From Eledone cirrhosa (lineage: Eukaryota): DNA of 64,000 nucleotides. Below, in pieces: positions 18,546 to 34,255 of the stretch; the first letter of the stretch is position 1, and the number at the start of each line of letters is the position of its first letter. The notes under the pieces were generated by a model, which did no database searches, was not told the DNA's origin, and saw only the letters and a program-made list of their open reading frames with translations. Location of the stretch: NCBI GenBank assembly GCA_964016885.1, contig OZ024743.1, positions 128,154,001-128,218,000 of the forward strand, written 5' to 3'. The position numbers and the translations under genes are program-made.

Positions 18546-21500
18546 TATAATGCTCTCTAGACAAGGGAAGTAGCTAGAGTTAGTTCCCGTTGAAATTCTA
18601 CAACCTTCCTTGTAACTTCCGGTCAAAGGATATAAATAGAGTCAACTCAAATCAATCTCTCTTTTTTGGCGCCTTCCTTCGAATTGACAACACCGAGCAC
18701 AAGTATGTTAATTTTTCTCTAACCACCTATCATGGATCTGGATTATACCTAATTATGTAGGAGAATATTTGTTTACCACAATTGTAACATGGAACTACAA
18801 TAAATGAAAATTTATATTTGATACTCATTTTGAGAAACTGCTTACGCTTTTATCATTACCTTTTGTAGTGAGAGTTAACTCTCATTCGGCATGGTGTTAT
18901 ATAAAAATCTCTTATCCTTTTTCTTTATAAAATTTAGTAGTTAGATTCCGGTGGTATTTACTGGAGTAAATAACCCTGGGTCTAGCAACCACTAAAATGG
19001 TGACCCTAACGTAAAAAACACCAACTGACGAATGGTAATCTCCAAATACGCAGAAGAGAAAAAAAAAAATATTACGCCTTGTGTCTTCGTTTTGAATTCG
19101 CCATCTTGCTTCATCTGTGTTACATCACTCCGGCTATTCATGTTACCACCACGTGTGCATATAATTTTGAAAATACAGCTAATTTTTTCCTTTCAAATGT
19201 GCTGTCATTGGCTGATTCACAAAAGTTAAACCACGTGTGCAGCAGTTAAAAAACATTTCACTCAGCAGTTACTACATTCATAATGAGCAATTCTTCGCTA
19301 CCGACATATTCAGGAGATGCAAAGTTGTGGTTTGCACCACTGGATTCGTATTTTGCTGCCCACGGCGTTCAAGTGGCACAACAAAGGTTACACGTGCTGA
19401 TAAGCAGAATTCCTGCATCGCTCGCCACATCAGTGAAAGACAATCACAGATCCCCCAAAAAGCGTAACTTACGAAAACCTAAATGCAGAATTGCTCAGAC
19501 GGAACATCCATTCGTCTGAGAGTAAGTTTTGTTCCTTGTTGGAGGAGGATAACCTGGGAGATAGAACCCTTTCTCAGTTTTTACGGCTCATCCGGCAACT
19601 GAGCGACTCAACAGCAGAGGACAACTCTTTCGTGAAACAATTATTTTTCTCCCGTTTGCCAACAAATGTGCAGACCATATTGGCAAATATGGTCGACACC
19701 AGTTCTCTGGACCAAATTGCAGCCTCAGCGGGTCGCATAATGGAATTTTCTCGAGTGGATCTGCCGAAGTAGGCAGATCCACTCATTGCTTCTTCTACCT
19801 TTAAAACACAGCCTGGTTCACCTCATGAGGACTCTATACTGAGAGCCATTGACGTGTTAACCCGTCAAGTGGCTAAACTGTGTCGGGAACAAACACCATC
19901 TAGGTGGCGTCCAAGAAATTGGTCTCCTTCTCTTCATCGTCGTGCCAACCTCCCCTCCAACAACTATTCTTTATGTTGATATCACGTGCGTTTTCGTGAA
20001 AAGGCGAATCATTGTATTCAGCCCTGCTCTTTCGAGACCTCGGAAAACTAAAATTGCAGAGTCTGGGTACGGCAGACCTCTCCCTCATTACTTCTCCTTA
20101 TCGTGCTTTCTTTATCAGAGATCGAGTTTCAAACAAATCGTTTATGGTTGACACAGGATCTAGTTGCAGTATTTGGCCTCTTCGGTTCAGCTCTATCAAG
20201 CCAAATTTTTCCAGTATTTCCTTGTATGCAGTAAACCAGTCTCCTATAAAAACTTATGGACAAATATCTTTATCATTGGAGCTAGCTTTGCGTCGAAATT
20301 TCAAATGGATTTTCATCTTAGCGGACCTACATCATCCTATTCTCGGTGCGGATTTTTTACACCACTACTCATTGTTAGTAGATGTCAGGAAACAGAAACT
20401 TGTGGATGGCACCACATCTTTATCTATGCCTGCTCGTGGTTCTACTGTTACTGCCATAAGTCCCGCGTGTTTCATAGCTGCCTCTGGAAACCAGTTTCAT
20501 TCTCTTCTTGCCTCGTTTCCCATTGGATTTCGTGTTTGCTTACGTTGATGATCTCCTAATAGCCAGTGATTCGGATGAACACCATCATCAACATCTATCT
20601 CAGTTATTTCAACGTCTCCAATCGCACCAAGTCAGAATCAACCCAGCTAAATGTGTGTTTGGTACAGATTCACTGGAATTCCTTGGACACCTTATAGATT
20701 CAGAAGGCATTCGTCCTTTGACACCTAAAGTAGAGGCGATTCAGCAATTAGCACCACCAACTTCCTTGAAACAATTATGCCATTTCTTGGGATTAACTAA
20801 CTTTTATCGTCGCTTTATTCCTAACTGTGCAGACAAGTTGTTCCCCTTGACACAGTTTTTAAAGGCTGCAAAAAAGAAAGACGTTCCTATTTCACTTTCT
20901 GCCGATGCATTGCAGTCTTTTGAATCCGTCAAGTCTGAGCTAGCTAAAGTTTCCTTCCTTGCCCATCCTGTTGCAAATGCGAGACTTTCCTTATCTGTTG
21001 ATGCATCCGATCATGCTGTTGGTGCAGCTTTGCAACATGCAATCGATCACCAGGTTCAACCACTGGCGTTTTTCTCACGCCAACTAAAACCAGCAGAGCA
21101 ACGATACAGTACTTTTGACAGAGAGCTTCTAGCAATTAATCTTGCTGTGAGACATTTCCACCATCTTCTTGAAGGTCGGGAATTCAGTATTCACAGACCA
21201 TAAACCACTCACATTCGCTCTTCACACCAAATCCGACAAGTAATCTACGAGAGCGTATAGGCATCTGGATCTCATCTCACAGTATACCAATGACATTCGT
21301 CACATAGCTGGAACTGCCAACATACCTGCGGATGCACTATCTCGGCTTTGTGTGTGTTCTCTTGCGTCTCCTGCACATATCGATTTAGTTGCCATTGCAA
21401 CTGACCAACCTACTTTGGATTCGTTGAACATTTCTTCTACCCAACTTTCCTGCTGTAAGTTTGATTATTTACCTCTTCCATCTGCTGAGGTAAAAATTCT

Positions 21501-22786
21501 TTGTGATATTTCTACTGGTTCACCCAGACCGTTTGTTCCGGATTGTCATCAGTGGACCGTTTTTGATGCACTTCATTCCTTGCCACATGCTGGCATAGAT
21601 GCCACAGTGAAGCTTATTACGGCTCGATTCTTCTGGCCTAATATGCGTCGTTTGATCACCAGTTGGGCACGTTCTTGCTTGAAGTGTCAGCGCTCTAAGA
21701 TTCATCGGCATGTCCGCGCTCCTCTTGGGAAATTCAGCCCGCCAGATGCACGTTTCCCTCATATACACATGGATATTGTTGGTCCGTGGCCCGTTAGTCG
21801 AGGGTTCACATACATATTGACTTGTATCGACTGTTTCTCTCGGTGGCCTGAAGCCATCCCCTTCATAGACATAACAGCAGAGTACGTTGCCCGAGCTTTC
21901 ATTTCTGCTGAACTTCTTTATAGTACCACATTGTCTCTTCCTGGACAAATGTTAGCACCAGTGGATTCATCACATCTTGACCCAGCATCATATATCACCA
22001 GGATTCGTTCGTATTTCTCGGATCTTCCACCGATGAACCCTTGTGACCAGTCTATTTCTTCTGCTGTCCCATCGAACATCTCTACGTGGACACACATTTT
22101 CATACGGAATGATTCCGTCAAGAGACCTCTTACGTCACCTTATAATGGACCTTTTCGTGTGCTTTCGGACACACCCAAACATTTCACAGTGGCTGACAAT
22201 GGTCGAAAAGAGACAATATCCATTGACAGAGCAAAAAAGGCTTTCTCCGAAAGTCTCATCACACTGCCTGATACACCTCGTACATACACTCCTACACCAA
22301 CACTTTCACCTCCACCGCAAACACCACATACCACACAACCTTATGTCACACGAGGTGGCAGGACGGTAAAATGGCCACGAAAACTCTCAAAAACAATATA
22401 CATTTAACCTCTAGTAGCATTAACATACCTCTTTATTTTTCAGTTTTCAGATAGAACTAGTGTCAAAAAGTCTGTACACTAGTAATGGATGAACTATTTG
22501 ACTTTGAAAAACATTGATTTTACCATTGAGCATCAATTTTCTCTGCTCCTTTGTATTGACTATGATTTATCAATCATTACATTCAAACATATTCGTTGTA
22601 AAAATTCATTACTTGTTTTATGCTCATTTTTGCTATTTGCTTGCTCATGTTTTATTCATTCATGTTCTTGTACCTTTTGTTTTGCTCCTCATTTCTTACA
22701 GGTTCACACTACAATGATCTTCGATTGGTTATTCGACTTCTCGTCTGAGAGGGGAGTCTTGTAGCGCTCTCTAGACAAGGGAAGTA
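18546..22786 (+). mobile_element. Gypsy/Ty3 LTR retrotransposon, defective (copy 1; 3' LTR cut by the assembly gap)
   Basis: 5' LTR ~18546-18996; PBS tggtgaccctaacgt (tRNA-Trp-like); gag LPTYSGDAKLWF; protease MVDTGS...ILGADF; RT AYVDD; RNase H DAS...RELLA; integrase HHCC and HMDIVGP; PPT gagaggggag; 3' LTR starts TGTAGCG at 22760. Confidence 0.95.
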
Positions 22787-22986
22787 NNNNNNNNNNNNNN
22801 NNNNNNNNNNNNNNNNNNNNNNNNNNNNNNNNNNNNNNNNNNNNNNNNNNNNNNNNNNNNNNNNNNNNNNNNNNNNNNNNNNNNNNNNNNNNNNNNNNNN
22901 NNNNNNNNNNNNNNNNNNNNNNNNNNNNNNNNNNNNNNNNNNNNNNNNNNNNNNNNNNNNNNNNNNNNNNNNNNNNNNNNNNNNNN
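22787..22986. other. Assembly gap (200 N)
   Basis: Run of N. Confidence 1.
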
Positions 22987-23704
22987 TGTCTCTCTCTGTA
23001 GATGTGTGTGTGTAGTTTTCCTTATCTTTCTCTAAATCTCTATATATATATATATATGAATAAAATTAGAGCAAGAAGACAGGACTCTCCGTCATCAGTG
23101 ATCTTCCAGCCATCATTGGTATTTCTTCGCATTAAAGACCATATACCTCCGGCTGGTGTGAGCAATAACGAAAAAAGGTTATTGGGACAAAAAGAATTGG
23201 GTGGAGAAAGCGAGACATGTAAAGAAACAGAGATGGTAAGGCAATGGAAAGAGAGGAAGATGAGAGACAAGTCCGTGATATCTGTGAAGTTAAGTTAGAG
23301 CAAATCGTGGATGAGGAGAAAAGGATGTGTCCAGACCCTGTGAAATGTGAGCGAGAAAAGGATTTCACACAGGTCAGACGGGAGAAGTGAGAGAGGGGGA
23401 GTAGCAGAGAGGTGAGTGAGTGAAAGTGTGGGAAGAGGCCAGCCGAGAGAGGGTGACTGGCAGAGGGGTGAATGAAAGTAAGAGATACAAGGAGAGAGAA
23501 AGAGGATAGCAGTAAGAAAGAAACAGACTGTAAAATTCGAAAAACTCAGATTACATTGTTAATTAATAAATAAATCAACTAATACCTTAACACTTCACAC
23601 AAAGTAAAATATTTCGTTTTAATCATTTTCCAACCCAGAAAAAAGAGAAAAATAAAAAGGAAAAAAGATATATTTCTTCCTAATAATCGTCTTTTCCTCC
23701 CTGT

Positions 23705-23922
<218 letters not shown>

Positions 23923-26495
23923 TTTCGTTTTATATATATCAGATGGCTGACAATAAGATGAAACTAAAAAAATTTCGCTAACTTTATAGGATATCACGAG
24001 GGATTTCAATAGAAAATATTCGTTTTTTACTTTTTTGGTGGAAAGGACATTTTCCCCCAGGAAAGAGGGGGACCCTCGGGCCACCTCTGCCACCGATTTC
24101 AGTGGCAAATAATTTTTTCTTCGTTTTTTTTTTTTTTTTTTCAGAATGCTATCAATTACATATTCCTAATATGCCGCAAATGACTTTTTACCCGGGAAAT
24201 AAGGGGTAGACACACTCGGACATTCCACCCACTCCTTCGCCGCCACCACCACTAATTTCAGCGGGAAATTACTTTTTTTGCTCGATTTCTTTCGTGTACT
24301 AAGGACGTTTTTCCCCGGAAAAACGGAGGCAAGGATGAGATCCTCGGACCTACTCATAGTTTTCTTCATCCACTACCCCAGAGGACGTGAAAAGTCCGAG
24401 GTACCCCTCTCTTTTCCAGGGAAGTCCCTTGCATCATATTAGGAAGTAAGTTTAATTAAGAGCACACCAAAATAAAATTTACTTAACAAGAATCATCACC
24501 ATAGAGGTTTAAGTACATGCTTGTTCATGAAAATCCATGTTCTTTTTTTTTGGGGGGTAATCACACCTGTATATTGCTTTAATTAAGATTGTCGTTATTA
24601 ATGGTACATTTCACAATTATCACAAGTACATGTTTGATTATATCTTCCACACATTTCAGAAGCTTTCAGTGTTTCACCTTCAGAAATTTATTAAATATAT
24701 AAACAACTTAGGAAAATTTGGGGTTAAATTTTATAGAAAACCAACCGCTGGGGATCGCTAAGAGATATATATTTCCCCCTAGGTTTTCCGTTTGTTTTCA
24801 ACTAATCTGATCTCCGAGATACTCGCAATCATCTTTTATTCGAAAACGATTGCGAGTATGTCGGAGGTCAGATTGGGTGAAAACAAGGAAATAACTAGGA
24901 AAAAAGATATTTTTTATCGATCTCAAGTGGGTCCTTTTCTATACATTTAAACGTCTTGTGGTGTGCTTATCTGTAAATTCGAAGGTCCCTGCCCCGCCCG
25001 GCCTTAGTTTTCGGGGGAAAGAGTCGTTTTCCGAGTGATTCAAATGTTAGATCGGTTGAAAACAAACAAAAATTCCCACCACAGAGAACTCCGAGGGTCA
25101 CTCCAATTGCCTCAACTCACCATCAAGACCCACCACCATACCCAAATCTATTTTCGGAAAATGAAAAGTCAATTGTGTGCATGTCGGAGGTCATACGAGT
25201 TGAAAACACGAAAACAACCTAGAAAAAAATGTCTTAAACAAAGCCCCGAGGATACTTTTCTTTAAACTTACTTTTCTATAAATTTGCCCCTTTTTTTTCT
25301 TCCAATTTATTTTATTGCCGATTATAATGTTCTTTCAAATTCACTTCATTGTCGTCGACTTTATATACGTAAAACTAAAGGACACACATTTTATGATAAT
25401 TATGTTATAATTAACAGCTATATGAATGAAAAGACAAATTAAAACATATTGAAATAAGGTAGTATGTTACTAGTACATTTTATATCATCATCGGAAAAAA
25501 TACCCCATTCGAGAACAGGTCATATTCGATTTATGAAAAATAACGGGGAAGTAGTTTACTAATAAATGAGATTTGACTCATATCAAACTGCTGCATTTCT
25601 CACACAGTGTCAATTGTATTATGAAAGTAATACAAACTTTACAGATACAAAAATATCAAACGCAAATATCAATGTTAAACTATATAGACACTCGAACTAC
25701 TTGAGATAACAAATAACTCTATCTCTTTATATATGTAAAATTCTTAGTCTCTCTCTGTCTCTGTCTTTTCCTTATACATTCTCAAACGCCTCGACTAAAT
25801 GAAATCAAATTTTACGAGGTAATTATATTAGGCACCAACAATCATAATTAAAGCAACATACAGATGTTTAATCACCCCCTCCCCAATGGATTTTCATGAA
25901 GAAGGATGTACTTAAACCTCTATGATGATGATTCTTCTCATAAAATTAATTTGTTGGTAAAAAATCGGTAAAAGACACCTCCACCGATTTTAGTGGGAAG
26001 TAATTTTTATTTTCGTGTGCTCTTAAAATAAAAAAATATATGATATTTTTTTATACAAAGTAAAAATTGTATTATGAAAGTAATACAAACTTTACAGATA
26101 CAAAACAAACAAATATCAATGTTACACTACATAGACACTCGAACAACTTGAGATGAAAAATAACTCTATTATTTCAATCAAAAAAAAGGAAAGAAAATCA
26201 CGGTGAATATTATAATGAATATGGAATACTCAAAACAAGAAGGCCTTGGATAAGTCGAGCCCCTAGCAGTGGAAACTTCTGGTGCCTTTGGCCCGAGGGC
26301 TACCTCACTACTCACCACCATAGGCGCTGAGCGGGATAGATGCAGGTGTGAGTCTCGCGAGGTGGAATGGCTCTTCAAGGGCATCTCTCTCACCATCCTC
26401 TGGGGAAATGCCTTCTCTATTCACTGCTATACCAGACTGTTGACTATCTGTAACCAATGACGCTATATATCAACCCAATTAGTTATTGACACATA

Positions 26496-26700
26496 CGCTA
26501 AACAAAAACTGAAAGTAAATATTTTGCATGTCTTGTGTGAAGGAAATGAGTAACTCAATCAGCATCTCGCTAAACAAAAACTGAAAGTAAATATTTTGTA
26601 TAGACATAAGTAACTTTCGTTTCACATATTAAAGGAATTCCAGGATTCTAAAAACATTGGTAAGTATATAAAGTTAAACTGCTTTAGTATTGTCAAATAT
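26496..26700 (+). promoter_or_regulatory. Putative promoter of cytokine-like copy 2
   Basis: Same repeat, ISRE-like, GGAATTCC and TATA motifs as 2940-3145. Confidence 0.55.
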
Positions 26701-26741
26701 TTACTGTACTCACAAGGTGTATACACAAAGATACTGAAGAA

Positions 26742-29700
26742 ATGAAGATGAGTAAGTATTATATTGGTTTGTGCAATATACCTTGTACAATATACCTTTC
26801 GATACACACATATATATATAAACTTTTAGCCATTCGGATATCGGAGATTTGTGTATTTAAATTATAAGGAGATTTTGTTGACAGGGCCTAGCTGGAACTC
26901 CTTTCTGTTATCTCTGCTTTCACACTTTTCTTTAAAAGCTTTCTTGAGTTTGGAAACATAACGTTGGTAGTCATGGTAACTAGCGTCACAGTCGCCTCCG
27001 CCAACAATACAACAGTGACACACTCAGAGTTACTTCCCTTAGCTTGTGCCAGCATACAAATACGGCGGCTGTGTGTGTGTGTTTGAATAAAGACGCGTGG
27101 TTTAGAGGTTAGAGCGTTAGATTCACATCATATGAAGTGAGTTCGATTTTTGCAAATATTCGGCTATTCTAAAATCAAAATTAGTTTCTTGATTGTTTTA
27201 TAGCAAGAATTTGTTCTTCCCACTTAATGACATAATTCTCCTAGCATACATTTTTGTAGTGCAGACATGGTAGCATTTCAACTATTGTTCACAGATTTGC
27301 GCACATACCTTTAACCCCCCCCCCCCCGTGCCAATCACCCCCTCCCCCATTACGTTTTCAGAAAAAGAAGGTGTTGAAAACACACGAAAAAACATAGGAA
27401 AAAATATTTTCTGAATGATCTCCAGCAGATGCTATTCTATAAATTTAAATGGCTGAAATATACTTATCTGTAACTCCAAGGGTTCACCTCCCCCTCCTCT
27501 ACACAGAACTAATGAGTTGTAATAGGTTCAGCCTATATATGTTTTTATATTATTAATTTCTAGTGGATTGGCAGTATCGGTAGAGGGTCGGACGGCATGC
27601 TTTGAAGCATGGAGTTGCGTCCCTTTATGATCTGAGTTCAAATCTCGCCGAGGTTAACTTTGCCTTTCATCCTTACGGGGTCGATAAAATAAAGTACCAG
27701 TAATGTAGTGGGTAATTGCTGACCTTGTGCCAAAAGTAGAAACAATTAATTTCTAATATTTATTTTTCAGCTTATTTTCACTTCTCATGTGCTTCTCTAC
27801 TTATCTTCCCTACCTAACTGACCATCTCCATTTACTATTACTCAATCCTTTATTAACTCCATCTCTCTTCACTAATCACCAGAGACACACCATACAAAAT
27901 ACTTTTCTAACAAAATCATACAATGATCACATAAGAATAATATACACTACAACCAAAACCAACCATCAAAACACTATACAAAATTTTGAAATTACAATTA
28001 AAGAAGACACTCCAAATCAAAATCAGAACCCAAACAAAGATTAGAACTTAAGTCAAAACACACTACATCATTATTTTAACATCCACTTTCACTGCTAACA
28101 AGGGTTGGAAAGGTCTACATAGACCAAGTCAGTACTGAAGCCTGGCTGTTGATATCCCAAAGAGATCAGTGATCTATGTCTCAATTATGTACGGTTTCAC
28201 ATTCCAGTAAGTCCATCAGAGAGATTTTCATGTTTTTCACATTACATTTTTCACTTTATTTGGCAAACTTTCTACAGATGTATGCCCTTCCTATCACCAA
28301 CCACTTTACAGCATGTACTGAAAAGTTTAGTAAGACACCATGTTATGTGTAGCTCCTGACCAAAATTGAACCCCAGACCAGGATCTCCATCATCTCAAAT
28401 ACCTATCACTAGGCCACCAAGATGACTACAATGTAAAGAGAAAAGAAAACTTATTATTTTGAAATGGTGACAAATTTCACCAAGCCACATACACTCTGTC
28501 AAATTTCTGTTGTAACTGTGATGTCTAACAACAGCATTAAACAAACACATTACATGTTCTAATATTATGTTATCTAACAATATATAGTAATAAAATCTAA
28601 AGATATCTTAATATACTTTCTTTCATTTAGATTGGCAATATGCATTGGTCTTATGTATATCAACATGGATAGCATTGATCCACGGATCACCTATACAATC
28701 TACAATACCACCTAAATCAGCTGATCCAAAAGTTATGAAAGTGACATTGAAAATTGCACAACTTGCTTCTGCTACTGTAAACTATACATTGATCCACTAT
28801 GTGAGTTCTTGAATTAATTCTTTATTTCTTCATATATTAATTTATTTCCTATTTATATTATCAATTCATAGGGCAGTAGATAGACAGTATGAGTAGAGCG
28901 TCAGACACTATGCTTTGCAGCATAGAGTTGTGGCCTTTTACGTTCTGAGTTCAAATCACGCTGAGCTTAACTTTGCCTTTCATCCTTTTGTGATCGATAA
29001 AATAAATCACCAGTAATGCACTGGGGTAATTGCTGGCCTTGTGCCAAAAGTAGAAACAATTATTAAATCATTGTTAGGGTGGTAGATTGGCAGTGTCAGT
29101 AGAACGTCAGACAAAATACTTTGTGGTAATTAGTTATGACTTCCTATGTTCTGTGTTTAAATCCTACCAAAGTAAACTTTGTCTTTCATCCTCTCAAGGT
29201 CAATAAAATAAAGTATGAGTCAAGTACTGAGATCGATATGAATAACTTTGCTCTCTACTAAGATTTACTGGCCTTGTGCTTATATTAGAAATCATTATTA
29301 GGTTATTTCATATCAATATGTTATTTTACTGAAGTGTTGTAATATCAAAGTACATCACACTGATACTATAATCAATATCTAAATGATACTTAGGTCTGTA
29401 ACACTGAATGTTTAAGTTCACATAACAATGAATCTATTGATATCGTATGTCTCATTTTATTAATAGCCAGTGTCAAAATATATGAATATCTATGTGTAAA
29501 ACTATCTCTATTTCTAAATGTGTAAATATCTTTTATAGTGTAAGAATACTCCAATGATATACACTACAAACTGCCATAAATTTATTACCTACTTACTGAA
29601 AATGATGGACGTTACATTGCCCCAGATGTATCTTCATGATTATATCATTAATAATGAAATATCACAGGTTAGTACATTTTATAAAATTATGATGCATTGT

Positions 29701-31568
29701 TCTTTTTCTGATATTTTATACAATGATATATTTTGACAAATATCAATGTATGCAAAATACAAAACTTCTCAATAATTCTTCATTACAGATGGGTCTGTTC
29801 AACATATCTACAACACTTAGTAAATATATTGTTTTGATTAAAAATCAAATGGAGAGAGAATATAAGGATTTATGTGCTCCTGCCAAACGTATAAAAGTAG
29901 CCTGTCATTTTCCTTCTGCCTGTTCTGAAATCACTCAAACATCAGAAGCTACATTCTATTGTTACTTAAGACAATCTGTAAATTATGTGAATGATCTGAA
30001 ACTTCTTCTGAATTTACAGGTAGGTGTTGTTATTATAATAATATATTTATATTGGATATTCTTTCTTTCTCTTGAATTCATTTCATATAGATTATAATAT
30101 TACATTATAATTGCATTTATATATCCAAAATTAAGGTCAGTTTATTCTTGGCAAGCCTGTTCTGCTAGGGAATGGATCACAGGTGGTGGATAGTGATATG
30201 GCAACCCAATATGGGAGCTAATTGCAATTTCAGTGGGCTCATAATAAACAACCCTTGACAAAACAGTGGTTAGCTAATTGGGCAGATGGAACAATAGGTG
30301 ACACTGTTGGCTTTCAGGAAAAGTCTCACAACCCCATGCTATAGTTATGATGAGATGAGTAAAGGCCTCTTCTAAAAAAGCCTAGTCTTTGCAGATCTGA
30401 GAATTTGTTTACTGGTGCAAATAATAGAACAGAAAAGCAGCAGTATTGTTTGGTTGCATAAAAAGAATCATAGTTAATTGTCCTTCCCACAAGGTGACCA
30501 TGGTTGCATACAGATCTTAAATAGAAGAACCCATTTGAAAAATATATTGCAGCCTCCATCCAATGCCAGAAAAACTAGCAACATGCCTGGGAACTATCAC
30601 AGGATGGATGCACAAAGGTTGCGTACTATAGCACTACAAAGAGGGTTCAGAAGGGAGCAAACAATAACAACTGGAATATCACAACCCTGACGCATAGGGA
30701 ACAGGAACTAGTGGAAAAGGCCAAATATAGTTTGGGGTTTCCTTTACAAGGTCTGTGACTCTAGTACTGTTGATTTGGATGAAAACCCACAAAACAGTTA
30801 TGTCTAGATTGACACACAGCATAAATTGGTAAGTGCTGGCTGATGAGGGGTCAGGACTAGGTATGAAGGTTCTATAGCACCAAAATTTTTAGAACATCCT
30901 GAACAAATTGAAGATATTAAAGTGGAGTGAAGACAGTTCAGCCTGACATTTTCTGCTTCGGCTGTTAAATGATATGGGCAAACGCAGTTTGGTGTGGTGA
31001 TGGAGGACAGAAGTATCCCTTGAATTAATCAAGAAGTTAAAGATATCATCCATGTGAAGAAGGAGGCTTACAGAACCTGTTTTGGAAATAAGTCTTCCAT
31101 CTTGTGCTTGCTGTGCAAGCAGACATTAAAGGTAGCCAAGATTAAGACATTGTAGGATTTTACAAGAATGTTATTGCAGTATTTGTTCTGGTCTTTTGAG
31201 TTCAAATCCCATCATGTTCCACTTTGCCTTTCATCCATCCAAGGTTGATACAATTTTCCCCTTCCCTAAAATTACTGACCTTCAGTCTAAAGTAGAAATC
31301 ATTATAAAATGGTAACTATGGCAAGAACATGTATATCAATGTATATATATTTTGTCATTTGTACAAATTATTAATATTACAATTACAATCTAGTTTGTTT
31401 TTCTATTTTTTTTAAATTCAGATTTCTTCAAAATACCAAGACAGTGTACAAGTAGATAATAATCTCTTGGTATCACATCATACTCAAAGAACTCAGCTTC
31501 GATGGTTTACCATGACTACGCTATATACTCTACAGGAACATATCAGCCAGATTCAAAAGATATTATAG
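26742..31568 (+). CDS. Secreted helical cytokine-like protein, copy 2, 228 aa (D35, K129); join(26742..26751,28631..28800,29539..29667,29789..30019,31422..31568)
   Basis: Splice sites and frame intact. Differs from copy 1 by GAG>GAT (E35D) and ACG>AAG (T129K). Confidence 0.8.
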
Positions 31569-34255
31569 TCATATATGTGAAATATCTTATATATATTATC
31601 TATAATATTAATACCACATCCTTGTCTAGATAGACACTCAGATACAAGTGTATCATTGACAATATGTAGAAGTATTTTAAACTTCATTTTTTAACAAAGC
31701 CATTTTTGTGGATTATAAATATATAGCAAAAGTAAAAATAACTCTGTATGTCAACACAAATAAAAAGGTATATATAAATATATAGACATACACATATACA
31801 CACATATATAGGTGTCAGTGTGGCATCATTATGTATATTTATACACATTTCCCTATCAATCGGTTCGGTGTGATCAGTATTGATCATACCCAACTCTGTA
31901 TTAAATGGTTCATCAGACCTGTGTGTGTTTACCTCTATTTCCAGGTTTTCATGACATTCACTTCTTATTTTTACATAAACCCCTATGGTCCCTCCATCAC
32001 TATCCCCTAAACTTTTACTGTTTTTTCAACAATATAAATACACTTATCACACTAATTTTATTTTATTTCTTCACCACAATAAGAGCATCACTTAATCACC
32101 TTTTCTTTCTCCTATCATAAAACACTCACTTTCTCATTTGTAAAATACACCCACTGCCTCCAACATTTTATTGCTTTTTCAACAATAATACACAAATACT
32201 TTATCACTTTAATCTTATTTGGTTTTATTACTAATAGTCATTTAGTTTATCTGACCATCACAATAATACCTCCAATAACATTCTCACTCAATTTCCCTTT
32301 TATTTTGTTTTCATTTTCCTATCATCAAAATGTGCCTTATTTTGATTTACACTACTTCATTTGTACATATACATTTACTGCTCTACTCTCAGACCCTCAA
32401 CCTTCTCTCTATCTATAAAACTTATAAATAGGATGTTTGTTTGTTTGTACAGCACTAAATAAATTGATAAGATTTAAGGTTTTTTTGTTTTCAATTAATT
32501 TGACTTCCAACATGTTCACTATTGACTTACTTTCCGAAAACAGAACAGGTGCGGAGAATTTACTGCTCTTTCTAACATACAGGTACTGCCTGTTAATATG
32601 TTATGGTATCTATATATGGAGAGGGAAACACTACTCCATCTCTCACTCACACCACCTCCCCCCTCTCTCTCTCTAATTAAATACAACCTTTTCAGGTGTT
32701 TTCATTTGTTGTCGACTGATCTGATATCTGACTCACTCACCAACGACTCCTTTTTTCACTCCTTTTTCTGAAATCAGAGGCGGAATGGGAGTTAAAGATA
32801 AGCACATTTCAGTTGTTTGAATTTAAAGAAAAGAACCCCCTGGAGACCGTGAAGAAAATTTTTTTCATAGGTTTCTCCACGTGTTTTCAACTATTCTGAC
32901 CTCCAAAATTCCTGAAAACAGAATTGGGGGTGCCAGAGGGGAACCTATAAAGTATGTGTGCAAATACATCAAGAATGGTTCCAATGCTGCCATGTTTGCA
33001 CAACAAAAATGAAATATATTCGATGAGGTGTCCAACTTCCAACATGGCCAATATGTAGAGAATGTGGTGCCAGTGATTGATCTTCGGATTTTCCCAGCCG
33101 CGAAAATTTTTAGAATGAGAATTTTTTTCTTTTCTAGGTTTTTTCGTTTATTTTTGACCGATCTGACATCCACTCACTCCCCAACAATTTATTTTTCCAA
33201 AAACTGAGGATAGCAGAGAAAATATTTTTTCCTAGGTTTTTTCATGTGTTTTCAACTAATCTGACCTCAGACATGTTTGCAATCACCTTCTTTTCCGAAA
33301 TCAGATTTTAGGGGTTGTGGGGGATGCTCGGATTTTAGAGCCTCAGAGATTTCTTCAGAGGAAGAAACAGGTGAGAGAAGGGAGGGGCCCATTGGAGTTA
33401 CAGATAAGCACCTCTCAACCTGCAATGTGTTTATCTATCTCACCGTTACCTTCAAAACAATTAAAATCCACCTCCTTATACACGTCTACAATGTATGTAC
33501 CATGTAGTTTCAAGTTCTTATATCAGGTTTAATGTACCTGATCCATACAACACCAACTCAACAGATGTTCTGAAGAATGATATTTCTGGGCAGATCTGAT
33601 TTCCATACCCTTTCTATTTTGTTCATTTCAGCCAAGACATTGGTAATTTCAATGTCAATGTCTTTTTTGATAAACTCATCTAACTGACCAAATGTCGATA
33701 CATTTGATGTGTCAGAAAATGAAATAGCAAAGAAATATACTGTTAATCACACATTCTAGTCTTGTTCAAATCTACTTTAAATTTATATATTAATTTCTAG
33801 ACTGTAATCTAGAAACTTTAATAAATATCTCTATAAAATTTCAATAAGATATATAAAGAAAGTAATGAAGAAAATTAATAATTATAAAGAAAGTAATGAA
33901 GAAAATTAATAATTGTTTCTAAAAATAACACTTCACAGGCCTTTCCCTTAGGATAAATTCTTAGTTAAGAAACCTAAAGCTAGGTGAAGCTTCCTAGCTT
34001 GAATTTATTAACTAAGACTATATCCCAACGAAAAAATTCTTGTGAAGTGTTCTTTTCAGATTACTTTATTGAGATCTGCCCATTAGTGATTTTGTATATA
34101 TATATATATATATATATATAGCTATCAGTGTTTTTCATAGTTATGGCTTTCTAAATGTTTATTTATAAATATACCGTATTTCTTTAGAAATACGAAATTC
34201 AAATATATATACATATACAAATACATATATACATATACAAATACATATATACATA

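Noticed and set aside
19283-22407. Gypsy gag-pol as an active or domesticated gene
   Set aside because: Stops and frameshifts, and the N-terminal half of RT is deleted in all copies (LLASFP joined to LDFVFAYVDD).
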